From assembly GCA_964367355.1 (NCBI GenBank), contig CAYIWY010000004.1, forward strand, positions 35,976 through 99,975: DNA of 64,000 nucleotides, read 5' to 3'. This DNA is from an uncultured Gammaproteobacteria bacterium (GTDB taxonomy: Bacteria > Patescibacteriota > Microgenomatia > Woykebacterales > RBG-16-39-9b). The stretch's first letter is position 1, and every line of letters starts with the position of its first letter. Positions 40,691-49,266 of this stretch are shown piece after piece. The notes beneath the pieces were generated by a model that was not told the DNA's origin, made no database searches, and saw only the letters and a program-made list of their open reading frames with translations. Made by a program: the position numbers and the translations under genes.

Positions 40691-41614
40691 ATGGAAAATG
40701 TTTTGGAAGTTAAAAATTTAGTTAAAAATTTTGGCGACTTTCGAGCAGTTAACAATATTTCTTTTTCGGTACCAAAAGGGAAGATTATTGGTTTACTCGG
40801 TCCCAATGGGGCGGGGAAGACAACAACGATTCACATGCTGCTTGGAGTAACGAGTCAAACTTCCGGCAAAGTAGCATTTTTTGGTCAGAACTATGCTATA
40901 AATCGTTCGGAAATACTTCAGAAAGTTGGCTACGTTTCAGCTTTCAATACTCTTCAGGGCAGAATTTCTGTCTGGGAAAATCTTAATGTTTTCGCCCATT
41001 TATACGGCATTAAAAACCCAAAGGAAAAAATCGCGCAGCTTGTTGACTACTTTGAAATTAAAGATTTGTTAAACCAAAGGTATTGGGATCTTTCTTCGGG
41101 ACAGAAGACCCGCGTTAATTTAATTAAAGCTTTTATCAACGAACCAGAATTAGTTTTGATGGATGAACCGACTGCCAGCCTAGATCCGGATATTGCTGAT
41201 AAAACAATTACTTTCATTGAGGAAAAACGTAAGTCCAAAAATACTTCAATTCTTTATACCAGCCACGATATGGAAGAGGTGACAAGAATTTGCGATGAGG
41301 TTATTTTTCTTGATCACGGTAAAATCTTTGCACAAGACACGCCACTCGGTTTAACTAAGAAAATCGAATTCGCCACTTTAAATCTGACTTTCGACGGCGA
41401 AAAAGCAAAAGTTGAAGAGTTTCTAAAAAAAGAAAAAGAAGAGTTTGAATTCACCCATACTTATTCGGTGACGATTAAAACTAAGGAAAAAAGGATTCCA
41501 AAACTAATTTTTGGTCTCTCTGAAGAGGATATTTGGATTACTGATATTGAGGTTAAAAAGCCAACACTAGAAGATGTGTTTTTAAAGATTGCCAGGGGTA
41601 AAAATGAATCTTAG
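40691..41614 (+). CDS. ABC transporter ATP-binding protein
   Basis: Walker A GPNGAGKTTT, signature LSSGQKTR, Walker B LVLMDEP. Confidence 0.9.
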   Translation: MENVLEVKNLVKNFGDFRAVNNISFSVPKGKIIGLLGPNGAGKTTTIHMLLGVTSQTSGKVAFFGQNYAINRSEILQKVGYVSAFNTLQGRISVWENLNVFAHLYGIKNPKEKIAQLVDYFEIKDLLNQRYWDLSSGQKTRVNLIKAFINEPELVLMDEPTASLDPDIADKTITFIEEKRKSKNTSILYTSHDMEEVTRICDEVIFLDHGKIFAQDTPLGLTKKIEFATLNLTFDGEKAKVEEFLKKEKEEFEFTHTYSVTIKTKEKRIPKLIFGLSEEDIWITDIEVKKPTLEDVFLKIARGKNES

Positions 41615-42392
41615 ACGAATTTACGCAGTTTTGCTGCAGGAACTCTATATCACCAAACATTCACTTGAAGTGATGATTGATCTATTTTTCTTTTCAACGA
41701 TCACAATCATAGGATTTGGATTGACTTCAGTATTTCTTACCGGGAAGATCGATGGGGCTTCGGCATATTACCTAATACTTGGTTTATTACTTTGGGAGAT
41801 TGTTCGGGTTGATCAGTATTCAATTTCGGTTGGAGCTTTGTGGAATATCTGGTCACGTAACCTAAGCAATATGTTTGTTTCCCCGCTTTCAATGGCAGAA
41901 TATATTGGCGCTTTAATGTTTTCCGCGATTATTAAAAGTAGCTTGGTTTTTGTTTTGCTATCGATTTTGACCGCAATATTGTTTAAATTTAATATTTTTA
42001 ATCTTGGGGTAGTCAACCTTTTATTATTCTTTATAAATTTGACTCTGTTTTCTTGGACAATTGGTTTGCTGCTTTTAGGTTTAATATTTCTCTACGGTAC
42101 CAGAATACAAGCTCTGGCCTGGGGTTTGATTTTTCTTTTTCAACCACTTGTGGCGACCTTTTTTCCGGTTACGGTCTTACCAAAATTTATTCAACCGCTT
42201 TCATATGCCCTGCCTCCAACCTATGTTTTTGAGGCAGCACGGGTTGCGATTGAGAGCAGAGGGGTTAACTGGACTTACTTTGGAATTTCTTTTACCGAAA
42301 ACCTCGTGTATCTACTCCTAGGCCTTTTACTTTTTAGGGTGATGTACAACAAATCCAAAGCCACCGGCCAATTCGTCCGCAACGAAGGCTAA
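41604..42392 (+). CDS. ABC-2 type transporter permease
   Basis: Six predicted TM segments. Its start overlaps the end of the ATPase gene. Confidence 0.75.
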   Translation: MNLRRIYAVLLQELYITKHSLEVMIDLFFFSTITIIGFGLTSVFLTGKIDGASAYYLILGLLLWEIVRVDQYSISVGALWNIWSRNLSNMFVSPLSMAEYIGALMFSAIIKSSLVFVLLSILTAILFKFNIFNLGVVNLLLFFINLTLFSWTIGLLLLGLIFLYGTRIQALAWGLIFLFQPLVATFFPVTVLPKFIQPLSYALPPTYVFEAARVAIESRGVNWTYFGISFTENLVYLLLGLLLFRVMYNKSKATGQFVRNEG

Positions 42393-42430
42393 ACCCATAG
42401 TATTGACTTTTGGACATAAATACCCTATAA
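42391..42430 (+). promoter_or_regulatory. promoter with shared upstream 19-mer AAACCCATAGTATTGACTT (TTGACT-N17-TATAAT)
   Basis: The same 19-mer plus -35 recurs at 45480-45520 (TTGACT-N17-TATACT). Confidence 0.5.
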
Positions 42431-42440
42431 TAATAGGGTG

Positions 42441-42635
42441 ATGGTACTTCAAGTTCTAGGCACAACTCTAATTAAATTTTCAATACTCCTAGTGATAGGA
42501 GGAATTTTGGTGCTTGGTTTAAATCTAAAAGTGCCTATGAAAACGACTCAGGGGACTAGCTTTCAATCTCAAGCTACGGTTTTAACACTAGATTGTAATG
42601 CCGAAGGCCTTTGTGAACTTACTCTGCAAAAATGA
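42441..42635 (+). CDS. small exported/membrane peptide with two Cys (DCNAEGLCELTL)
   Basis: N-terminal hydrophobic helix, polar Cys-containing tail. Placed directly downstream of the ABC-2 exporter pair. Confidence 0.4.
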   Translation: MVLQVLGTTLIKFSILLVIGGILVLGLNLKVPMKTTQGTSFQSQATVLTLDCNAEGLCELTLQK

Positions 42636-42738
42636 ACCTCCGAGGGTTAAAACCCTCGGTTTCATCTCTAGAGTTTCGTTTTCTTCGACCTTCATCCGTG
42701 GATTAAGAATCCACGGTTTTCGGTACGCGAAAATAAAT
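42633..42738 (+). repeat. 100-nt dual-hairpin repeat, copy 1 (CCGAGGGTTAAAACCCTCGG ... CCGTGGATTAAGAATCCACGG)
   Basis: Near-identical to 61706-61811. It begins at the TGA stop codon, and each hairpin is followed by T runs. Confidence 0.85.
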
Positions 42739-42792
42739 ACAGAAATAACTAGTACCTTGACAAATACTCTAGGATATGTTATATAATTACTG

Positions 42793-43029
42793 ATGTATAG
42801 AGAGATACACCAAAGGCAATACTGGAAGAAAAAAGCCTTAGCAGGCTTGTACCTGATTTTTATACTCGCCACCGTCGGCGAGATTTTTTTAACCTTAAAT
42901 CACCTTAAAGAAGCCAGAATTAAAAATATTGAAGTCGAAGAAAGTGTAACTATACCAATCCATCTACCTGAAAGCACTCATTACGAATTCATTCGAATAG
43001 AAAGACTACAAAGGTACAAAGAAAACTAG
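42793..43029 (+). CDS. small membrane protein (78 aa)
   Basis: One TM helix; weak call. Confidence 0.3.
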   Translation: MYREIHQRQYWKKKALAGLYLIFILATVGEIFLTLNHLKEARIKNIEVEESVTIPIHLPESTHYEFIRIERLQRYKEN

Positions 43030-45395
43030 GCCGCCGCGGTTCCGCTTTGTAGGGGATTAGTTGCAGTAGGCGTGAAATGTCCTTTACTCGGGTAGCTCAG
43101 CAGTGCTGTTTTTAGAACCTCATCCATTGTTTCGACAAACACAAAATTTAGATCAGCTCTGGTTTTTTCCGGTATCTCCTCTAGATCCTTTTGATTTCTT
43201 ACAGGTAAGATAACGGTCTTTAAGCCCGCACGATGAGCTGCAAGTACTTTTTCCTTAACTCCACCAATCTCGAGAACTCTACCTAGCAAAGTAATCTCTC
43301 CGGTCATACAGACCTCTTTGCGAACTGCAATTTTACTAATGGCACTCATCAGAGAAGTTGCCATTGCAGTTCCGGCACTCGGCCCATCTTTAGGAATCGC
43401 ACCAGAGGGGACATGCAGGTGAATATCGTATTTTTGCGATATATTTTCTTTGATTCCAAACTCGACAAGCTTCGAACGAACGAAGGAAAGTGCCGCTTGG
43501 GCTGATTCTTTCATCACGTCTCCAAGATGACCGGTTAATATTAGAGTGCCTTTACCTGGCATAAGAGTTGTTTCAATGTTGAGTACCTCACCACCGGCTT
43601 CGGTCCAAGCAAGGCCGGTCGAAACCCCAACCTCGTCGCGTTTACCGACAGTCCAAGGTTCAAATTTTTCCGGACCTAAATATTTATTCACCTGGTCGGC
43701 AGTAACAACTTCTTTCTTGGTTTTTTCTTCGACAATTTCCCGCGCAACCTTTCGGCAGATAGCAGATAGTTCACGCTCCAAACTTCGCACACCAGCTTCA
43801 CGAGTATATTTTGTGATAATTTTTAATAAAGCTTCATCCCTAACTTCCAATTTCTTTTGAGTTAAACCGTGATTTTCCACCTGTTTTGGTAAGAGATAAT
43901 CTTTGGCGATATGCAATTTTTCCTCTTCAGTGTAGCCGGGGAAATCAATAATTTCCATCCGGTCTCGTAAAGCGGGAGGAATAGTCTCAAGATTATTGGC
44001 GGTTGTAATAAAAACAACATCCGAGAGATCAAAAGGCACTTCAAGGTAATGGTCACTAAAATCTTTATTTTGTTCTGGATCAAGGGCTTCAAGTAGCGCA
44101 GATGATGGATCACCACGGTAGTCAAACCCAAGTTTATCAATTTCATCAAGCATAAAGACTGGGTTTTTGGTTTCAGCATTCTTAATCGCTTGTATTACTC
44201 TTCCCGGTAGTGCGCCAACGTAGGTGCGACGGTGGCCACGAATTTCCGCTTCGTCCCGGATACCACCGAGAGAAACTTTAACGAATTTTCGGTCCATAGC
44301 CCTGGCGATTGAACGTCCGATTGAAGTTTTTCCGACTCCCGGAGGTCCGTAAAAACAGAGGATTGGACCTTTAAGTTTACCAGTGAGTTTTTTTACGGCT
44401 AGGTATTCAAGAATTCTTTCCTTGACTTTTTTTAGGCCGTAGTGATCTTGATTAAGAATTTCTTCTGCTTTTTTAACGTCGATTTTACTCTCACTACTTT
44501 TGTTCCAGGGAAGATCGACTAACAGATCAAGATACGTTCTAATGTAAGAAACCTCAGGAGAAAAAGGTGGAACTCTTTTCAGACGGTCCAGCTCTTTTAA
44601 TGCTTTAGATTCGGTTTCTGGACTCATACCGGAGGCTTTAATTTTCTTTTCGAGTTCAGCGTATTCTTCTTTTTCCTCCTTAACCCCAAGTTCCTTTTCG
44701 ATGGTTCTAAGTTGTTCACGCAGGAAAGCTTCTTTAGCATTTTTGCCGATCTCTTCGGCTGTTTGGTCTTGGATTTTGCGGGCAGTACCTAAAATAGACA
44801 GTTCATTTGAAAGTTGTTTTTCAATAGTCTTAATTCGTTTTTTAATATCATCTGTTTCCAGCAGAGCTTGTTTTTCAGAAGATTTGGTATCCAAATTGGC
44901 AATTATTATATCGAGTATCTGAGTCGGGGAGGAGAAATCTGTTAAAAGTTGCAAAACGTCCATCGGAACAGGTTTGCCAAAGGAAATTAGTTTTCTAAAC
45001 TGGTCGATAATTGGTTTAATAAAAATTTTTAAATTTTCTGGTTCAATTGTCTGCTCCTCAATCTCGTCAACTTCGACTTTGAAAAAAGGAGACTCCTGGA
45101 CAAAAGTTCTGATTTTGGCCTTTGTTTCACCGCTGACTTGGATATTGATCAAACCGTCAGGAAGTCTTTGAGTTCGAATTACTTTAGCAATCGTGCCGAC
45201 TAAATAAAGTTGCTCGGCTGTTGGGCTATCAACGTCTTTGTTTTTCTGCATCGTCAGAAAAACTCTTTTTTCATCGGCCAAAGCTTCTTCTAAAGCCGCA
45301 ACCGACTGTTCTCGTTTTAATGAAATAGGAATAGTACTACCGGGGAAGATAACTACGTCTCGAACTGCGATTAAGGGTAAAATATTTTTGTCCAT
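43026..45395 (-). CDS. lon: ATP-dependent Lon protease
   Basis: Lon N-domain, AAA+ module GPPGVGKTS, and proteolytic serine in PKDGPSAGTAMATSL. Confidence 0.95.
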   Translation of the reverse strand: MDKNILPLIAVRDVVIFPGSTIPISLKREQSVAALEEALADEKRVFLTMQKNKDVDSPTAEQLYLVGTIAKVIRTQRLPDGLINIQVSGETKAKIRTFVQESPFFKVEVDEIEEQTIEPENLKIFIKPIIDQFRKLISFGKPVPMDVLQLLTDFSSPTQILDIIIANLDTKSSEKQALLETDDIKKRIKTIEKQLSNELSILGTARKIQDQTAEEIGKNAKEAFLREQLRTIEKELGVKEEKEEYAELEKKIKASGMSPETESKALKELDRLKRVPPFSPEVSYIRTYLDLLVDLPWNKSSESKIDVKKAEEILNQDHYGLKKVKERILEYLAVKKLTGKLKGPILCFYGPPGVGKTSIGRSIARAMDRKFVKVSLGGIRDEAEIRGHRRTYVGALPGRVIQAIKNAETKNPVFMLDEIDKLGFDYRGDPSSALLEALDPEQNKDFSDHYLEVPFDLSDVVFITTANNLETIPPALRDRMEIIDFPGYTEEEKLHIAKDYLLPKQVENHGLTQKKLEVRDEALLKIITKYTREAGVRSLERELSAICRKVAREIVEEKTKKEVVTADQVNKYLGPEKFEPWTVGKRDEVGVSTGLAWTEAGGEVLNIETTLMPGKGTLILTGHLGDVMKESAQAALSFVRSKLVEFGIKENISQKYDIHLHVPSGAIPKDGPSAGTAMATSLMSAISKIAVRKEVCMTGEITLLGRVLEIGGVKEKVLAAHRAGLKTVILPVRNQKDLEEIPEKTRADLNFVFVETMDEVLKTALLSYPSKGHFTPTATNPLQSGTAAA

Positions 45396-45437
45396 ATATC
45401 TTTTTCAAAATCTTTAGAAATTGAATAATATCGTAAC

Positions 45438-45464
45438 TTAGCAACACTGTCAAGTGACTGCTAA
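45438..45464. promoter_or_regulatory. CIRCE-like inverted repeat TTAGCAACA-N9-GACTGCTAA upstream of lon
   Basis: 27-nt element resembling the HrcA operator TTAGCACTC-N9-GAGTGCTAA. The right arm matches 8/9, the left arm 6/9. Confidence 0.3.
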
Positions 45465-45591
45465 GAATTTTACCAACTAAAACCCATAGTATTGACTTCC
45501 TGGTCAATTTCAGCTATACTCTCGCAATAAGCAGGCCAAAATAGTCTACTGTTAGCCTAGTACAAAACCAGTAAAGAAAGGGAGAAACTAA

Positions 45592-46107
45592 ATGAAAGGT
45601 GTATTAGCTTTTGTGGCCGTCGTTCTGCTAGCATTCTCGATCGGTCTTACCGTTGGGTGTGTTGCCCAGAACATTTCGGTAAACAACGATGTTAACGCTT
45701 GGCTCACGCGAGCTCAAGTGGCAGCGGACATCGAGGATATGATGATCTACCTGGATCGGGCTGAGCAAGGTCTGGACGACCGAAACATGAATTCTGGTCA
45801 CTCAGGAGTGGTCATCAAAAACGCGGCCAACGACTTCACTTTGATCCGACAGAACATCGATCGGATCCAGGAGCGAGCCGGTCAGCTTTCTAAGACTCCA
45901 GTCGAGCAACGAGGTGGTGACGCCGCCTACCAACAAGGGCTTGACGATCTCCGTGGTACTCTCCGCGAATTGAGTGTACCCGCAGAAGGCTATTACTGGC
46001 GTCACGACGGACTTCTCTACCTAATCAGTGTTTGGTTCGTGTGGGCACTGCTCGTGGTGGTGGCCATTATCGCGGGCTACGTCATATTTTTTAGAGACAG
46101 CTACTGA
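45592..46107 (+). CDS. membrane-anchored hypothetical protein (N- and C-terminal TM)
   Basis: 171 aa, higher GC, driven by the shared AAACCCATAGTATTGACTT promoter. Confidence 0.5.
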   Translation: MKGVLAFVAVVLLAFSIGLTVGCVAQNISVNNDVNAWLTRAQVAADIEDMMIYLDRAEQGLDDRNMNSGHSGVVIKNAANDFTLIRQNIDRIQERAGQLSKTPVEQRGGDAAYQQGLDDLRGTLRELSVPAEGYYWRHDGLLYLISVWFVWALLVVVAIIAGYVIFFRDSY

Positions 46108-46261
46108 CGAAGCCGTTCGCTACTAACAGAGAGGAACTCCTTTGGGGTTGTGGTGAGTGAAAGTAACCACCTGTAAAGCAATTTACAGCCATTTTCCCCT
46201 AAGCAAATCTCTCAAGAGGTTTCCTTAGGACAAGTAACTCCGAATTAATTCGGAGTTTTTT

Positions 46262-46370
46262 GTTGGCTGAAATGGATAATCTGAGGCTAAAAAGCTATGG
46301 GGGGACAACGAGATTGAGATAGAACCCTTACTAGACAGTATGATCCTACTATTTAATCAACTAAGAGGTA
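46262..46370. repeat. tRNA-His-derived repeat, copy L (contains a degenerate tRNA-His 3' end ATGGGGGGACAACGAGATTGAGATAGAACCC)
   Basis: Aligns to 47038-47133 and 47985-48035 and to the authentic tRNA-His 3' end TGGGGGGGAGTATGGGACTTGAACCC. Confidence 0.6.
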
Positions 46371-46476
46371 CAAACTTAGTTCTGTAAGGTTAGTTTTTGT
46401 TGGTAGAAAGTTTCAAAATACTCGACCAGAGCAAAGCCACCCTTCAGCAAGCTTTTGATTATGCTACAATTTCCTT

Positions 46477-46710
46477 GTGATTAAATTTACTGAGCACGTA
46501 GAAACTAGACTTGAAGAAAGAAATATTACTAAGGAACAAATTGGTGAAGCCATCGGAAGTCCAGACGTTGTTTTACCAGCAAGGGCAAATCGTTCGATTG
46601 CAATTAAGAAGTTTGAAAATAATTTTCTCAAAGTAGTGTTTATTAAAGATCAAGGTGATATAATCGTGATCACTACTCACTGGATTAGTAAATTGAAACT
46701 TAAGGAGTAA
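46477..46710 (+). CDS. DUF4258 family toxin-like protein
   Basis: FTEHVETRLEERNITKEQIGEAIGSPD...IAIKKF...VVF pattern; paired with a DUF2283 gene. Confidence 0.6.
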   Translation: MIKFTEHVETRLEERNITKEQIGEAIGSPDVVLPARANRSIAIKKFENNFLKVVFIKDQGDIIVITTHWISKLKLKE

Positions 46711-46712
46711 AT

Positions 46713-46940
46713 ATGAACGTTCGTTACGACCCAAAAGCTGATGCAGCTTACATTTATTTAACTGAAAATAAAGGTAGTTCCTCTAATAGTAAAACTAAAG
46801 TGGCTGAGACCAAGGAACTTTCGGATGAAATTTTTGTGGACTACGACAGCGAAGGCCGCCCACTTGGCATTGAAATAATTGGTGTTAAAGATAGAGTACC
46901 CTCTAAAACCCTTCATTTTTTTGAAACCCAAACACGCTAG
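46713..46940 (+). CDS. DUF2283 family protein (antitoxin-like partner)
   Basis: MNVRYDPKADAAYIYL...FVDYDSEGRPLGIEII, the DUF2283 signature. Confidence 0.65.
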   Translation: MNVRYDPKADAAYIYLTENKGSSSNSKTKVAETKELSDEIFVDYDSEGRPLGIEIIGVKDRVPSKTLHFFETQTR

Positions 46941-47133
46941 TTTTTTTAGGCCACGAAGTGGTCGCAGAATGCTTTAGCGATCATTAGATTTCTTAATCGC
47001 AGAGAGCAAAGCGAACTATTGGTTAAAATTGGTTATTATGAGGCTAAAAATCTATAGTGGGACAACGCTCTTGAGATAGAACCCTTACTAAACAGTATAG
47101 TCTTACTATTTAATCAATTAAGATATTCAAACG
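46936..47133. repeat. tRNA-locus-derived repeat, copy M (CCACGAAGTGGTCGCAG ... TTGGTTAAAATTGG ... ATAGTGGGACAACGCTCTTGAGATAGAACCC ...)
   Basis: Its 5' part matches 47896-47990. Its 3' part matches copy L, including the degenerate tRNA-His 3' end. Confidence 0.6.
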
Positions 47134-47166
47134 TAATTCTTTAAAGTTTGGTATAATTGTTTCAAC

Positions 47167-47463
47167 ATGAAAACTGAAACTATCGATATAGACCAAATTA
47201 AAGAAAAGGTTTTGCCAATACTCAAAGAGGTAGGTGTCACTCGCAGTTCTATCTTTGGTTCTTTTGCTGCAGGTGAAAACACTAAGGACAGTGATATCGA
47301 TATTCTGATTGAGCCGCCTGAAAGTATGACGTTATTTGGTTTTGCTGGTCTAAAGTTGGAGTTGGAAGAAGCACTCGGTCGGGAAGTTGATTTGGTAGAG
47401 TATTCTGCTATTAAACCTCGTATTAAACAGCAATTACTAAGTACTCAAATTCCCATTCTATGA
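47167..47463 (+). CDS. nucleotidyltransferase (MNT/MntA-type antitoxin)
   Basis: GSFAAGENTKDSDIDILIE: a minimal nucleotidyltransferase fold with the GS...DxD motif. Confidence 0.85.
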   Translation: MKTETIDIDQIKEKVLPILKEVGVTRSSIFGSFAAGENTKDSDIDILIEPPESMTLFGFAGLKLELEEALGREVDLVEYSAIKPRIKQQLLSTQIPIL

Positions 47464-47813
47464 AAGAAGAAAAAAGAGACATGGGTCTTTATCTGGAAGA
47501 TGTTTTTGAAAGTATTAAGCAGATACAAGAATATACTGATGGTATTGAAGAGGATGAGTTTTATACTAATCAGTTAATCCAAGACGCAGTGGCGAGAAGA
47601 TTTGCAATTATTGGCGAGGGAGTTAAACACGTTCCTGAGTATTATCGAGAAAAACACCCGGAAACTAATTGGAAAAGTATTGCTGGTATGCGTGACATTC
47701 TTGTCCACGAATATTTTGAAGTCAATCTCAAAAGAATTTGGAATACAATTCAAGAAGAACTATCCACTTTTAAAGAGCAGATTAAGAACTTACCCGAAAT
47801 GTCTAATAGTTAA
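47460..47813 (+). CDS. HEPN-domain toxin (HepT/DUF86)
   Basis: Rx4HxY motif in MRDILVHEY. Overlaps the MNT gene by 4 nt. Confidence 0.85.
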   Translation: MKEEKRDMGLYLEDVFESIKQIQEYTDGIEEDEFYTNQLIQDAVARRFAIIGEGVKHVPEYYREKHPETNWKSIAGMRDILVHEYFEVNLKRIWNTIQEELSTFKEQIKNLPEMSNS

Positions 47814-47895
47814 GCAACTACTTAAAAACCTCCCACACTTAAGTAAATCTTGAATAAAGGTTTTCTTAGGACAAGTAACTAGCTGAAAGGCTAGT

Positions 47896-48035
47896 TTTTT
47901 TAGTCCACGAAGTGGTCGCAGAACGCTTTATCGATCATTAGATTTCTTAACCGCAGAGAGCAAAGCGAACTATTGGCTAAAATGGTTAAATCTGAGGCTA
48001 AAAAACGATGGGGGGAGCTTGGTATCAAAAAGGGT
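47896..48035. repeat. tRNA-locus-derived repeat, copy R, abutting tRNA-His
   Basis: CCACGAAGTGGTCGCAGAACGCTTTATCGATCATTAGATTTCTTAACCGCAGAGAGCAAAGCGAACTATTGGCTAAAATGG... reads directly into the tRNA-His 3' end. Confidence 0.6.
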
Positions 48036-48036
48036 A

Positions 48037-48113
48037 CTGGGGGGGAGTATGGGACTTGAACCCATGACATGTAGTTCCACAAACTACCGCTCTACCAACT
48101 GAGCTAACTCCCC
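48037..48113 (-). tRNA. tRNA-His (anticodon GTG) with encoded G-1 and CCA
   Basis: Reverse complement folds as GGGGAGT/ACTCCCC acceptor, anticodon loop TTGTGGA, an extra 5' G pairing with discriminator C. Confidence 0.85.
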
Positions 48114-48119
48114 CACGAA

Positions 48120-48196
48120 GTGGCGCGCCTGAAGGGACTCGAACCCCCAACACCCAGTTCCGAAGACTGGTGCTCTATCCAATTGAGCTACAGGCG
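48120..48196 (-). tRNA. tRNA-Arg (anticodon TCG)
   Basis: Reverse complement GCGCCTGTAGCTCAATTGGATAGAGCACCAGTCTTCGGAACTGG...TTCGAGTCCC...CAGGCGCGCCA. Confidence 0.85.
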
Positions 48197-48331
48197 CTTG
48201 CAGTAGGTGTATTTTAACAAATTTAACCTAAAATTGATAGTTCTGTGGTGGTTTTGAAGCGGGCGCGTAAATTATGTGAAACTAATCTTAGCTCATTTTG
48301 ATAGGTTGATAAAATTGCACGAAGCGTTAAT

Positions 48332-48604
48332 CTATTTGTACAACTGGCTATGTGTTCCTAAAGCTTCGAAAGTAATAATTATTGTACCTAATTTATCTGT
48401 GCTTTCACTATAAAGAGCTCTCCAGTCACCAGTAATATTAATACTTCGGTAGTCTTTTAATTTTCCTTTTAACAAATGGTTATTGAGCAGGGGATCAAGA
48501 GGGTTCTGTAGGAAAAGTTTTATTCTTTCTTGAAAAGCTAATTTTATCTTTGGTTCCGTCCTGACGTATAGCTTAGAAAACTTTCTGCTGAATTTAATTT
48601 TCAT
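48332..48604 (-). CDS. RelE/ParE family toxin
   Basis: LKGKLKDYRSINITGDWRALY, the RelE/ParE fold signature. Confidence 0.7.
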   Translation of the reverse strand: MKIKFSRKFSKLYVRTEPKIKLAFQERIKLFLQNPLDPLLNNHLLKGKLKDYRSINITGDWRALYSESTDKLGTIIITFEALGTHSQLYK

Positions 48605-48887
48605 TACTTGTTGATCTATTTAACCAAGTAATGGCGTCGTCAGCATTATCGAATTGAGGGGATACCTTCCCCTTCTCGATGTCTTCTTTTGATTCTTTGA
48701 GAACTGTTAGGAGATACTCAGTTGGAAGCTCATCAGAAACACTGAAACTAACGCTCTTAGTTTTGATAAGTTGCTTTAAATAGGCATTAATCAAAGAACT
48801 AAGACTAAAACCTAACTCATCAGCCACTTCCTTGGCTTTTGTTTTGGTTTCTGGATTGGTTTTAATATTAATTACACTAGAATTCAT
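48594..48887 (-). CDS. RelB/DinJ-type antitoxin
   Basis: INIKTNPETKTKAKEVADELGFSLSSLINAYLKQLI. Overlaps the toxin gene by 11 nt. Confidence 0.65.
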   Translation of the reverse strand: MNSSVINIKTNPETKTKAKEVADELGFSLSSLINAYLKQLIKTKSVSFSVSDELPTEYLLTVLKESKEDIEKGKVSPQFDNADDAITWLNRSTSNEN

Positions 48888-49029
48888 ATAGATAAAGTAT
48901 ACATATTGTATACACTTTTGTCAATAAATTAAATTGTAGAAGACTTTTATAAAGAGGATAATCTGCTAATATTTGGAGCGGGTGAGGGGAAGAATAACCA
49001 TTTGCTATGCAAAAGTTGAGCCCTCGAAA

Positions 49030-49104
49030 TGGAGCGGCGGACCAGATTCGAACTGGCGACCTTCTCCTTGGAAGGGAGACATTCTACCGCTGAACTACCG
49101 CCGC
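49030..49104 (-). tRNA. tRNA-Gly (anticodon TCC)
   Basis: Reverse complement GCGGCGGTAGTTCAGCGGTAGAATGTCTCCCTTCCAAGGAGAAGGTCGCCAGTTCGAATCTGGTCCGCCGCTCCA. Confidence 0.85.
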
Positions 49105-49111
49105 TTAATTT

Positions 49112-49160
49112 ATTAACCCCTTGGAAGGGAGATGTTGTACCATTCAACCACACCCGCGTG
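49112..49160 (-). pseudogene. tRNA-Gly (TCC) 5'-half fragment
   Basis: GCGGGTGTGGTTGAATGGTACAACATCTCCCTTCCAAGGGG reproduces the acceptor 5' strand, D-arm and anticodon arm, then breaks off 7 nt upstream of the intact gene. Confidence 0.5.
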
Positions 49161-49266
49161 TGGTTTTTGTGATTATAACTCGCAAGAGTTACAAGAGCGA
49201 GATGTAATCGATGCGATTATAACATTTTCCAACCTGAAATTACAGAAAATTTAAAAAAGGAGACAA

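Noticed and set aside
42588-42872. 94-aa and 65-aa minus-strand ORFs sharing ...KPWILNPRMK.EENETLEMKPRVLTLGGSF (second ORF at 61646..61843)
   Set aside because: The shared peptide is simply the translation of the 100-nt dual-hairpin repeat. Both ORFs are artefacts of the repeat.
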